IMG/VR virus record: IMGVR_UViG_3300025844_000504
Location: 1-25,958 of that record
Length of the DNA: 25,958 nt
Source of the DNA: a virus
Taxonomy: Duplodnaviria > Caudoviricetes
Direction: 5' to 3' (one strand)
In this document: in pieces, positions 14,057 to 23,327 of the stretch
Layout: the number at the start of each line of letters is the position of its first letter
Position numbering within the stretch: the stretch's first letter is position 1
Translations under genes and position numbers: made by a program
The notes under the pieces: generated by a model
What the model saw: the letters and a program-made list of their open reading frames with translations, nothing else
Database searches by the model: none
What the model was told of the DNA's origin: nothing

Positions 14057-15974
14057 TTTCGCTCAGGTATTGGTTTAAAAAAGCCTCGCCCTGGCTGCTC
14101 ACACTGCTGCGATCGTCCTTGGCTGTATCTGTCTGATAGCCGTTAGCATCATCAAACAGCTTGCGATCCTTGCCGGGATTAAATTTAAAGCCAGCATCAG
14201 CACCAGCTTCAGTAACGGGTGTAACTGCTTCGTCGGTTTGCGTTACAATGCATCGGCAACCCCATCCATTTGGCGGATAGTTGCGATTCCAGAAGCTGTC
14301 ATCAATCGGCCTTATGGTTCCGTTCATGCGGGCATGTGCCGGACGGCTAAACTCATCATCAACCGCATCATATCGCAGGTTAGGATACAGATCCGCTTCT
14401 TCTTTAAATCCTTCCCATTTAACGGCCATTTGTGCCGAAGCCTGTGCCTGTTTGAACTCCGTTTGCAGCCACTCTTTATTATACTTTTCGGTGATGGGTT
14501 TGGCCAGCTTTTTAAAGGTATTCCAATTAACCGGTTCGCCAGCTTCATCAACAAGCAGTTTCACCAGATCGGCTTGTTCGCGGTGGTTTTTGAAAGCTGT
14601 AAACACAGCTGCATTTTCGCGCAAGGCAGTGGCCAGCTCAGCATACTTATATTCAGGCGCAAAGCTGATGCTGGCAGTTGTAAGCGATTTGAGCAAGCTT
14701 GTAAAGTTAAGCTTCCAAATATCGTAATCAATGCCCAGCGCACGGCCTTCAAAAAATCGCAAAAGCCAGTTGTTGAGCACCTGATCGGTTCGGGCTGCTT
14801 CAATATCGAGTTTTAGCCCTTCACCAGGGAAGTTTTTTTTTTTAGCAATCAGGTAGTTCACCGGTTCGCTGCTGCTGTTGTCTGGTTCTGGTTCGGCTAT
14901 TTTGGTAGCCTTTTCTTCAATGATCCATTCAAAGGTGCAATTAGCAAGCGGATAGCCGTAGCGTACCAGGAAAGGCAGCAATGTATAATTTATGTGATTG
15001 CTAATGCGACGCAGACGGGTTTTGGTAAAATCATTCAGCACCCGCTCATTCACTTCGGCAGTGCCTACCCATGCCTGTTCGTCGCCCACGCCCTTAGTGC
15101 CGTTGATAATCTTAGCAATGCTATCATCCTGCCGGCTAAGCATCTTATCGAAGGTTTCTGCATTGCTACCGATATTCTTGGCTTCAATGATATTCACCTG
15201 GTCGTCAGTGTCACGCACAATCCAGCCATTACCCCCAAAATTGGCAGCCATAGCGGCACGCTTACGCACTTCGTCGGCATCGTCGGTATCAGTAGCAATG
15301 TCCAGGATTGGTTTGCCAAATCTCTCGTTAAAATCGCTCCAGTCAACCAAAGCATAATTCTTAAACATCACATGTTTGGTGATAAGCTCGAGGCTGCCCT
15401 GGTTGTCATTGTCACCACTTTCGAGCATCCAGAAATCGGCCAGCATCTTAGCATCATATTTCACCCCTTGCGTATGTGTAGGATGCGACAAGATCATTTG
15501 CCAGGCAGCATTAACATAGCGGCGCGGGAATGCTTTAACGCCCGTAAATTGGCCACCTTTTATATCCTGAAATTCGAGCAGTGTATAACCCCACAGCTCA
15601 GCTTCGATCATTAGCCGGATATAGTCATCAAACCAGGGCTTTTTAAAATGATACTTTAAATCTTCCACCTCCTGATCGCCCTGCCAGATTTTGAAAGGTT
15701 GAGATGCCACCTTATTCACTGCAATTTCAAATTGACTTTTTACCTGGTCGTCTTTCATTGCCCAGTAATACAGCAGCAACAGATCATCCCGATTTGGATT
15801 ATACACATCAATTGCGCTGTCAACAGCCTCTTTTAAATTTGCAAGCTCCATGCTGATGCGATCAATGGGCGCAATAATCGCATCGCTGGGGAACTTCTTA
15901 CGCTTACGTACTGTTTCCTGATCTTGCGTTTCGGCAACCGGCCTGCTGTTGAAAAAATACTCTTTAAATTTCAT
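14049..15974 (-). CDS. Portal (DUF935/Mu gp29-like) fused in frame to MuF/gp30-like head morphogenesis protein
   Basis: N-part: AELWGYTLLEF, WSDFNERFGKP, IAKIINGT, GTAEVNE. C-part: WLQTEF, YPNLRYDAVDD, RPAHARMNG, FWNRNYPPNGWGCRC, FKFNPGK. Confidence 0.9.
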   Translation of the reverse strand: MKFKEYFFNSRPVAETQDQETVRKRKKFPSDAIIAPIDRISMELANLKEAVDSAIDVYNPNRDDLLLLYYWAMKDDQVKSQFEIAVNKVASQPFKIWQGDQEVEDLKYHFKKPWFDDYIRLMIEAELWGYTLLEFQDIKGGQFTGVKAFPRRYVNAAWQMILSHPTHTQGVKYDAKMLADFWMLESGDNDNQGSLELITKHVMFKNYALVDWSDFNERFGKPILDIATDTDDADEVRKRAAMAANFGGNGWIVRDTDDQVNIIEAKNIGSNAETFDKMLSRQDDSIAKIINGTKGVGDEQAWVGTAEVNERVLNDFTKTRLRRISNHINYTLLPFLVRYGYPLANCTFEWIIEEKATKIAEPEPDNSSSEPVNYLIAKKKNFPGEGLKLDIEAARTDQVLNNWLLRFFEGRALGIDYDIWKLNFTSLLKSLTTASISFAPEYKYAELATALRENAAVFTAFKNHREQADLVKLLVDEAGEPVNWNTFKKLAKPITEKYNKEWLQTEFKQAQASAQMAVKWEGFKEEADLYPNLRYDAVDDEFSRPAHARMNGTIRPIDDSFWNRNYPPNGWGCRCIVTQTDEAVTPVTEAGADAGFKFNPGKDRKLFDDANGYQTDTAKDDRSSVSSQGEAFLNQYLSENE

Positions 15975-16001
15975 TGCAATATCGTTTAAATGCTGTTAAA
16001 A

Positions 16002-16433
16002 TTAATAAGCGTTGTGGCTGCGACGGGTATCGCTTCCGTACATGAATTTAGTGGTTGTTTCGCCATCGCTGTCGGTTAGGCGTGTAAACTGCACCGATTC
16101 CTTACCGCTATTGATCCGGCTAAGCTGACTAACCACATCGTCGTAGTTCTTTATTACCCGCTCGGGTATGTCGTCGTCGGCCACATCATTATACATGAAG
16201 TAAGTGGCCAGGATAGCCAGCCATCTGATAAGCGTAGCATTGCGCTCAGTGCCCGTACGTGCAAGCTCGGCATCCATATTGTACTTATCAGCACAGGCAT
16301 CGCGCACCATGCCAATTGCAAGCTTCTCGGCATTGATAAGCTCACTGTCGTACTCATTATTGAGCTTGGTTAGGATCCTGGTGCTCAGGAAACCTTTAAA
16401 ATCTTTTGTTTTGTCGATAAATTGTGTTGCCAT
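16002..16433 (-). CDS. Mu gp36-like (DUF1320) head-tail connector
   Basis: AEKLAIGMV...KYNM...RNATLIRW...LATYFMY...YDDVVSQLSRINSG; lies between TerL and portal. Confidence 0.8.
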   Translation of the reverse strand: MATQFIDKTKDFKGFLSTRILTKLNNEYDSELINAEKLAIGMVRDACADKYNMDAELARTGTERNATLIRWLAILATYFMYNDVADDDIPERVIKNYDDVVSQLSRINSGKESVQFTRLTDSDGETTTKFMYGSDTRRSHNAY

Positions 16434-16438
16434 ATCTG

Positions 16439-18016
16439 TTATGATCTGCGGCCACCCATGCGGCCATTGTTAGATTTTCCGGTTGCCATATTACTTCCTT
16501 TTTTTGCCTTTCCACCACTACGCTGATTGAGCAGATACACCGCACCTTCAACAGCATCGGGGCCATCGTCGTGCTCGCCATCAGGGAAGGCAAGAAACTG
16601 ATCGCGCAAAGCCTGCATATCCGGCGAATGCTTCAGGTTTTGATTAAACCTAATGAATCCCTGCTCGGTAAATGGTGAAAGATTTTCGATCCTTGCCTCC
16701 TTGTTAGGCTTAGTGCGATGATCGCCACGAATCCGCATTGTTTTGCCACGGCTTTCGCCCTCTCGCCAATACTCTTCAAGCATCAAGTCCTGGATGAAAT
16801 TAGCCTCCATATAATGACGGCAGGCCAGTTTATCAGGAATCTGATCGGCTATATTATAATGCCCCCGCACCATTTCGCTGGTGGTGCATTGGCGGCAAAA
16901 AACATCAATTACATCGTAATAGCGGCCAGCTTTGCCGATCAGCACAATCGCTTTATAATCACTTGTTTTAGTGCCCTTGTACGAAGGATCGTTATAAGTG
17001 ATCAGCTTATCGTAAGCAGTAAGGTTCTTAGGTTCGATCCAGGGCAAATGATTTGGCTTAAAGATTTTACCATCGACAATATGCTCATGGAAGAACTCTC
17101 GCAAACCAATACGGCTGCCCTGGCGGTTCATCTTAGTGATGATCTGCTCGCGGGTGTAGTTTTCCTTCCAGGCTGGTTTGCCCTTTTCGGAAAGGTCTTT
17201 TTTGTGGGTTCTTGGATTTTCGAGTGCAAACACTTTAGAGTGGTACACATCTTTGCGCTTTGGATCGTTCGGTTCGATGTCGCCAACCATATGCGCCAAA
17301 ATCCCTTTTTTATGAATTCTGTTACCTGCTATGATCAGGCGGCTGGCTTTGTTGGGCATAGCTCCGTATAAGTCGCCCAGGATCCAATCAACCGCTTCCA
17401 TCACACGCGCCTCATTGCGAACTATAATAGCATCGTCAATATCGTCCACAACGCAATAATTAGGACGCTTGTCGGATTTACGCGTACCACGCGGGCTTTG
17501 TCCGCGACCAAAAGCCCAGAAGCCAATGCCGTCTGAGGTTACAAAATGGCCATCCTGCCAGTTACCAAGGCTGTACTGCTCGCCAAAATCGTTAATATAC
17601 TGCTTATTAAACATCAACTCAGCCTGTATGTCTCCCAGCAAGGTAGCAGCTTTCTTTTCGTTAGCTGATGCGATCATCATACCCGTAAGCTGGTTGTTCG
17701 CTTTGAGGAAAAGCGGCAACATCACATCAGCAAGAATGGACTTTGCATGCTCGCGCGGCCACTCGAGCACAGCCACAATATCTTTTTTGTCAATAATTTC
17801 CTGTGCTGCCGATTTATGAAACCAGCCGAAATCGGAAGAAGCCAGGTGTTTGAAATAGCGTTTGCAGAAGTAAACAAAATCGCTTTTAGCATTTTGCACA
17901 GCTTTTTCCTGCTGCTCGGCTGTTTCCTTGTGCAGCGGATTAGTGTTAATAATCGCCTGCTTTTCTTTTAGCCAGGCTTCATATTGCCGCTTTTCGGTTA
18001 CATTCCAGCCGCTCAT
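16439..18016 (-). CDS. terL: Terminase large subunit
   Basis: Walker A WPREHAKS, GQSPRG, Walker B VVDDIDD, nuclease motifs YNDPS, KEARIE, HDDGPDA. Confidence 0.93.
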   Translation of the reverse strand: MSGWNVTEKRQYEAWLKEKQAIINTNPLHKETAEQQEKAVQNAKSDFVYFCKRYFKHLASSDFGWFHKSAAQEIIDKKDIVAVLEWPREHAKSILADVMLPLFLKANNQLTGMMIASANEKKAATLLGDIQAELMFNKQYINDFGEQYSLGNWQDGHFVTSDGIGFWAFGRGQSPRGTRKSDKRPNYCVVDDIDDAIIVRNEARVMEAVDWILGDLYGAMPNKASRLIIAGNRIHKKGILAHMVGDIEPNDPKRKDVYHSKVFALENPRTHKKDLSEKGKPAWKENYTREQIITKMNRQGSRIGLREFFHEHIVDGKIFKPNHLPWIEPKNLTAYDKLITYNDPSYKGTKTSDYKAIVLIGKAGRYYDVIDVFCRQCTTSEMVRGHYNIADQIPDKLACRHYMEANFIQDLMLEEYWREGESRGKTMRIRGDHRTKPNKEARIENLSPFTEQGFIRFNQNLKHSPDMQALRDQFLAFPDGEHDDGPDAVEGAVYLLNQRSGGKAKKGSNMATGKSNNGRMGGRRS

Positions 18017-18486
18017 AATGCTTTGCGCTTTTCGTTGATGTAATCGTCAACATGCGGCACCAGTTCCTGGGCAAGTTCCACATCCGATTCTTTGAGGTAG
18101 CTCATAAAATTGCGCAGGATCTGCACCATGGCCGACCAATCGAGTTCTTTGCCTTTTACAGTTGTGAACAGCTTTTGCACGGCATCAATTTCGCCCTTAG
18201 GGATCAGCAGTTTGCTGAGTTCTTCAACAGTAAGATTAGGGCTAACCTGATCGGCCAGCTTTTCGCTGATCATGCGGATAATTCGCGTTTGATGTGCCAG
18301 CGCCGAAAGGGCATTTTCTTCACTGGTTTGCCGGTTGATGCCTATTCGCGTTCGTTGCTGCTTCATATTGTTTTCGCGCACATGTTTGCCCACTGTTTTT
18401 TCGGTCAGTTTTAGTATGCGGGCAATGTCATTCTGCTGCCATCCGGCATTGAATAATATCTTGATAGCTGCTACTTTATCGGTCAT
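18013..18486 (-). CDS. Putative terminase small subunit (N-terminal HTH)
   Basis: QQNDIARILKLTEKTVGKH HTH; overlaps the TerL start. Confidence 0.75.
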   Translation of the reverse strand: MTDKVAAIKILFNAGWQQNDIARILKLTEKTVGKHVRENNMKQQRTRIGINRQTSEENALSALAHQTRIIRMISEKLADQVSPNLTVEELSKLLIPKGEIDAVQKLFTTVKGKELDWSAMVQILRNFMSYLKESDVELAQELVPHVDDYINEKRKAL

Positions 18487-18630
18487 GACTTAAAATTTAG
18501 GTTCAAATATCTTATATAAACAGCAGATAATGAGAATTAAAGGCATATGTTACAAAAAATACCGCAACCGTTACTACATTAGTTGTGAGGTAGTTATAAT
18601 TGATTCAAATTTGACCATAAAAGCAGTGAA

Positions 18631-19713
18631 ATGGAGCTGAAATATTCGAAAATAGTTAGCAGAGAAGAGCGCAAAGCAGAAATGATGCTGTATGGCGAGC
18701 TGGGCGACGAACCAAAGCAGATAGACGGGCATTACTTTGCCAACGAACTCAACTGGCTTGGGCGTAATTATGACGTGATTGTGTTGCGTATAAATAGCGG
18801 TGGTGGCCGTGTGGCACATGGCTTCTCAATTTTTTCGCAGCTTGTTACCTCCCAGGCTAAAGTAATTGTGCAGGTTGACGGCATTGCAGCCAGCATGGCC
18901 GCTATATTTTTAGCAGCCGCCGACGAAGTGCATCTGCTCGACTATTCGCGGGTGATGCTGCACTCACCTTATTATACCGAAAAGGAAGCCAAGAATTTGA
19001 GTGATACCGATAAAAAGGTATTGAAACTTTTAAGGTCATCCCTGGTAACCATGCTTTCAAAAAGAGGAATTGAAAAGGATGCAGCAGATAAGCTGCTTAC
19101 TTCAGAAGATAAATGGTTTACGGCTGAGGAAGCCGTTGAAGCCAAGCTGGCTGATAAAATAATTACAACCGGCAAAAAGAAAGTGCTGGCCAAGCTCGAC
19201 TATCAGAGCCTTGCCGCGCAAGTGAACGAACTTAGTGTTAAATCAAATAATTCAGAAATGAAACAATTAATTGCAAAGTTTCAGCTGCCCGAAACGGCTG
19301 TTGAAGCTGACGTTATGAATGCCGTAAGCAAGCTTGAGCAAGATCATACCACTGCCGTAAAAGCATTGAATGAGCGCAACGAGAAGCTGGTAGCAAAACT
19401 GATCGAAATTGGCAAAACAGCCGGAACGATTACCGCTGAAAATGAGGCTAACTTTCAGAAGCTGGCCAATACCGACATCGAGCTGTTTGCTCAGATGATC
19501 AACGTGAAAAAAGAAGACCTGGAAATAAGCGGTGCACGCTTAAGCGATTTTATTGAGAAGATGCAAGCCGCTGGTGGTGCACAGGCACAGCAGGAAGAAA
19601 AGGACTTTGAGTGGCACGAAAAAAACGATCCACAAGCCCTTGCCAAAATGAAGGCAAAGGATCCTGCCAAGTATCAAAAGCTGAAAGAAGCTGACGATGC
19701 AAAGTATCAGTAA
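18631..19713 (+). CDS. ClpP-like prohead protease with C-terminal scaffold region
   Basis: LYGEL, INSGGG, VDGIAASMAA, MLHSP, DKWFTAEEAVEAKLAD; helical C-terminal half. Confidence 0.9.
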   Translation: MELKYSKIVSREERKAEMMLYGELGDEPKQIDGHYFANELNWLGRNYDVIVLRINSGGGRVAHGFSIFSQLVTSQAKVIVQVDGIAASMAAIFLAAADEVHLLDYSRVMLHSPYYTEKEAKNLSDTDKKVLKLLRSSLVTMLSKRGIEKDAADKLLTSEDKWFTAEEAVEAKLADKIITTGKKKVLAKLDYQSLAAQVNELSVKSNNSEMKQLIAKFQLPETAVEADVMNAVSKLEQDHTTAVKALNERNEKLVAKLIEIGKTAGTITAENEANFQKLANTDIELFAQMINVKKEDLEISGARLSDFIEKMQAAGGAQAQQEEKDFEWHEKNDPQALAKMKAKDPAKYQKLKEADDAKYQ

Positions 19714-19746
19714 AATAATTAAGTAACCTGACAAAAACCAATAAAA

Positions 19747-20085
19747 ATGGCAAAAATTGATTGGCCTTTCGGACCCGCTGATGTAGTTGCTTTGACGGCT
19801 ACGGGTGCACAGGCAATAAACATCGAAAACAGAATGACCATCATAGATGGCGTTACTGTAGCAGCAACAGGTAACCGCACCCTGAACCTTACAATTGATG
19901 AGGAAATCAGCATTGGTGCCATACTCGTTGTGAAATCCAAAACTGCCAGCACCGAAACAACCATTTTCGGCACTGGAATGAGCGGTGTTACCATTACAGG
20001 CGTGGCCGGCAAAACTAAGGTAACCACCTTCGTTTACGACGGCACCAGCTTCGTGGAAGTAGCAACACCCATACAAATCGACTAA
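19747..20085 (+). CDS. Putative head decoration/structural protein
   Basis: Thr/Gly/Val-rich beta protein between protease and capsid. Confidence 0.55.
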   Translation: MAKIDWPFGPADVVALTATGAQAINIENRMTIIDGVTVAATGNRTLNLTIDEEISIGAILVVKSKTASTETTIFGTGMSGVTITGVAGKTKVTTFVYDGTSFVEVATPIQID

Positions 20086-20113
20086 GTAATTAACCTCAAA
20101 AAATTGAATTGAA

Positions 20114-21040
20114 ATGTCACAAATACAAATGACAAAATATTCACGGGAGTTGCAGAAGCAACTTTTCCCGATGAATGAATTTTACAAAAAGGCCATCAGC
20201 GAAAGCGGTTTGACGGTTGACGCTGCCACCTTTGAGATCCCAAACCTTACCGATGTAGATGAAGCGGTATTAGGAGCACCTACAAAGCTTCCATTAGAAA
20301 TTCAAAAAAGTGACGACACAAAGGTGACCGGCACAATGAAGCTTATTTATGGTAAGCCGATTTTGATTGAAGATGAGGAAGAAATTGTCACGAATTACAA
20401 CAAGCGTTTGAACAAGCAATTGCAGCAGGCTGGAGCTATCAACACCAAAGCCGGTGATTATGCCGCTTATCAATGGTTGCCTTCATCAACTGGGGATATT
20501 GTTGTAACTACCGGCACAGGTCGCGCTTCAAATGTTACCGGATTGACAGGCACCCGCAAGGCAGCCACTAAGGCCGACATCCTGAAAGTAAAGAATAAGC
20601 TTATGCTTGCCAATGCCCTCAATGTGCCTGGCGAACTTTATGCACTGGTTACCCCTGATGTATATAACGACTTGCTTGCTATTGCTGAGTTTGTTGACTA
20701 CGACAAAACAGGCAACACCAGCAAACTTGAGCAGGGTGTTTTGGGCAAAATCTTAGGATTTAATATCATGGTTCGCTCAAAAGCTGGCCATATTGGCGCA
20801 TTGTACACCGCTGCAAATGCAAAAATCTGGACACCTGCCACAGCAGCCACCGACCGCCCGGTAAGTTTATTCTGGCACTCGGGTATGGTATGCTATGCCG
20901 AAAGCTCACCAAAAGCTTATATCAAAGTAGATGATCCTACTATGCTTAGTACTGTAATCAATGCCAAAGTTCGCTTTGGTGCTGAGATTTGCCGCACCGA
21001 CGAAAAAGGCGTTGTAGCACTTGCAGAAGTAGCTTCCTAA
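20114..21040 (+). CDS. Major capsid protein
   Basis: 308 aa after the protease; YALVTPDVYNDLL and GVLGKILGFNIM are HK97-fold A-domain-like motifs; followed by a terminator. Confidence 0.85.
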   Translation: MSQIQMTKYSRELQKQLFPMNEFYKKAISESGLTVDAATFEIPNLTDVDEAVLGAPTKLPLEIQKSDDTKVTGTMKLIYGKPILIEDEEEIVTNYNKRLNKQLQQAGAINTKAGDYAAYQWLPSSTGDIVVTTGTGRASNVTGLTGTRKAATKADILKVKNKLMLANALNVPGELYALVTPDVYNDLLAIAEFVDYDKTGNTSKLEQGVLGKILGFNIMVRSKAGHIGALYTAANAKIWTPATAATDRPVSLFWHSGMVCYAESSPKAYIKVDDPTMLSTVINAKVRFGAEICRTDEKGVVALAEVAS

Positions 21041-21062
21041 CTTGCTTATTTGTGTTAATGAT

Positions 21063-21093
21063 AAGTCTCCGGCCTTAGTGCCGGGGGCTTTTT
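21063..21093 (+). terminator. Intrinsic terminator after the capsid gene
   Basis: AAGTCTCCGGC-CTTAGT-GCCGGGGGCTTTTT. Confidence 0.85.
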
Positions 21094-21109
21094 AAAAAGT
21101 TGAAATTAA

Positions 21110-21493
21110 ATGACAAACCCAGTAGATCACGGACGCATCACCAGCCCATTTGGTACACGCATACACCCCATCACAAAAGCACTTACATTTCACAATGGAA
21201 TTGATATAGCACTTGCAATTGGCAACGATGTGGTGGCACCAGTAGCCGGTAAAATAATTCAGGTGTGGGCACATGCAAGGGGCGGATTATCGCTTGCAAT
21301 GATCGGGCAGGATGGCCGCAGATATGGTTTTGCACATTTGAGCAAGCAGCTGGTAAAGCAAGGGCAAATGGTGCAGGAAGGCGAAAAGATTGCCGAAACA
21401 GGCAACACAGGCGCAAGCACGGGGCCTCATTTGCACTTTACCGTGAAGCAAAATGGCGAATGGATTGATCCACAAACCTTATTCACTTTTTGA
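21110..21493 (+). CDS. M23 peptidase (endolysin candidate)
   Basis: ITSPFGTRIHP, HNGIDI (HxxxD), FAHL, GNTGASTGPHLHF (HxH). Confidence 0.92.
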   Translation: MTNPVDHGRITSPFGTRIHPITKALTFHNGIDIALAIGNDVVAPVAGKIIQVWAHARGGLSLAMIGQDGRRYGFAHLSKQLVKQGQMVQEGEKIAETGNTGASTGPHLHFTVKQNGEWIDPQTLFTF

Positions 21494-21494
21494 T

Positions 21495-21815
21495 ATGAAT
21501 AAATGGACAGATATTTTAATAACTATCCTTACAACAGGAACGCTCATTGCTCCGGCTACATGGCTGGTAAGCAAGCGCAAGCGTAACAACGACTTTTTAA
21601 CTGACCTGCAAAAGAGTATCAACAGCCTTACCGACAATTATACCGAAACGCTTAATGAGCTTATCCTGGTGAAAAGGCAAAATGCTCAATTGATCCTTCA
21701 AGTTGAGCAGTTGCAGCGCGAAGTAGTGCAGCTTAAGGAGGAAAATACACACCTGATTAAGAAGCTAAACGAATTGAAACGACTTTTAAAAACAAAGGAT
21801 GAAGGCTGCAATTAA
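21495..21815 (+). CDS. Holin-like protein (N-terminal hydrophobic helix plus coiled coil)
   Basis: ILITILTTGTLIAPATWLV followed by KRKR and a long coiled coil; lies between endolysin and spanin. ATG 21495 preferred. Confidence 0.55.
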   Translation: MNKWTDILITILTTGTLIAPATWLVSKRKRNNDFLTDLQKSINSLTDNYTETLNELILVKRQNAQLILQVEQLQREVVQLKEENTHLIKKLNELKRLLKTKDEGCN

Positions 21816-22281
21816 CATACTTTTCGTTGCTGTTGCAATGCTGTTGCTACACAGTTGCAAGAGTCCTGAAACGGTAATTAAATACGTGCCGCTGCAAAAT
21901 GACAGCATCGTAATTGAGAAGCCCGTACCGGTACAATTACCAGCCGACAGCGCAAGCATCACAGCCTTGTTTGAATGCGACAGCCTGAACAACGTTGTGC
22001 TAAAAGATATTACACAGCTAAAAGGGCGCAACCTTGAGCTGCTGGCCAGTTATGATGCCCTGCGAGGCGAATTGAAAGTGCTGGCCAACCAGCCTGCTGA
22101 TACGGTGTATTTGCCAGGCAAAGAAACAATCATCAGGCAGCAGATACCGATTGAAGTGGAAAAGCCTGTTTACATCAATGAATTACATAGCTGGCAAAAG
22201 TTCCTGATATGGACAGGTGCTATTTGCCTGGCAATTATCATAACGACAATAATTATCAAATTCAAATCACTAATACCTTAA
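21799..22281 (+). CDS. Putative unimolecular spanin
   Basis: Lipoprotein signal (...AMLLLHS-C) and a C-terminal TM helix FLIWTGAICLAIIITTIII, within the lysis cassette. Confidence 0.7.
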   Translation: MKAAINILFVAVAMLLLHSCKSPETVIKYVPLQNDSIVIEKPVPVQLPADSASITALFECDSLNNVVLKDITQLKGRNLELLASYDALRGELKVLANQPADTVYLPGKETIIRQQIPIEVEKPVYINELHSWQKFLIWTGAICLAIIITTIIIKFKSLIP

Positions 22282-22285
22282 GAAC

Positions 22286-22762
22286 ATGGCAAATACAGGA
22301 ATTGTTAATGGTGGAGATATACTGGTATATATGAATACCGGTACAGCTATATCACCGGTGTGGACAGCGATCGGGCATGCAACCGAGCACAGCATGTCGA
22401 TTAAAACCGAACTGCGCGATCGTGTTACAAAAGACACCGGAGCATGGCGCAGCCGCAAGGCAGGCATCATGGATGCAACAATCAACATTGGTGCCCTCAC
22501 CACTTACGACGGCTATGGCTACAACGATCTGCTCGCGCTGTTTAAAACACGCGCATCAGTGTTGGTTAAATATGCCGGCAGGCTTGCAGCAGACGTAACA
22601 GCAGGCACCGCCGAAGTGGCCGAAACCAGTGGCGACAAATATGAAGAAGGCAGCTTTATCATCGAAAGCGTTGATCGCACCGATGCTGCTAATACCGACA
22701 GCACATTTAGTGTTGCCTTACAATCAGATGGCGAACTGGAAACGAAAACAGTTGGTTCTTAA
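22286..22762 (+). CDS. Major tail (tube) protein, siphovirus type
   Basis: IVNGGDILVY, RVTKD, EGSFIIESVDRT, STFSVALQSDGEL. Confidence 0.85.
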   Translation: MANTGIVNGGDILVYMNTGTAISPVWTAIGHATEHSMSIKTELRDRVTKDTGAWRSRKAGIMDATINIGALTTYDGYGYNDLLALFKTRASVLVKYAGRLAADVTAGTAEVAETSGDKYEEGSFIIESVDRTDAANTDSTFSVALQSDGELETKTVGS

Positions 22763-22795
22763 TTTAATTATTTATTAACTCAAATTCAATCATTT

Positions 22796-23254
22796 ATGAA
22801 ACGATTGCAGTTTTTTTTGGCTTTAATGGCCTTTTTGGTGGGCGGACTTACGACCACCTATGCCGGTGATCCCCCAGCTATTGACACCGGCCAGCACTTT
22901 GAAACGCTGACTGATCAGCTGGTAGTTAATATGCCTGTAAATGTTGATCCCGACATTGTTATCTATAGGCCGGTATTTAAAGATACCTATATAGATACAG
23001 GTGGTTATTTGCTTGTAACTACTCGAGTAATAGGTTATGAAGCAGATGCAACTATGGTGGTAAGCAACGATGCAGCAATAGGATTAAGTAAGCAGGAGCG
23101 ATTATGTGACTTAGACACATCTAATTATTCTAAAACTATATATCCGTGTTTGAATAATCATGAGGGGCTGATACGCAAGATGAAGTTTCCGATGCCTGCA
23201 AGCCTGGTGCTTAATTCAACTAATAAGATAAAAACAAGGAATTACCGCATTTAG
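22796..23254 (+). CDS. Secreted hypothetical protein within the tail module
   Basis: Signal peptide MKRLQFFLALMAFLVGGLTTTYA; followed by a hairpin. Confidence 0.65.
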   Translation: MKRLQFFLALMAFLVGGLTTTYAGDPPAIDTGQHFETLTDQLVVNMPVNVDPDIVIYRPVFKDTYIDTGGYLLVTTRVIGYEADATMVVSNDAAIGLSKQERLCDLDTSNYSKTIYPCLNNHEGLIRKMKFPMPASLVLNSTNKIKTRNYRI

Positions 23255-23270
23255 GTTTGCAACAAATATA

Positions 23271-23300
23271 AATAGTCAGCCGGGCAACCGGCTGGCTATT
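23271..23300 (+). terminator. GNRA-loop hairpin (terminator or stability element)
   Basis: AATAGTCAGCCGG-GCAA-CCGGCTGGCTATT; weak U tract. Confidence 0.6.
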
Positions 23301-23327
23301 CCAATAACCTCGAAATAACATAACACA

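Noticed and set aside
14049-14200. Possible MuF polymorphic toxin domain
   Set aside because: Only about 40 residues follow the FNPGK motif, and the next gene is gpG-like rather than an immunity gene.
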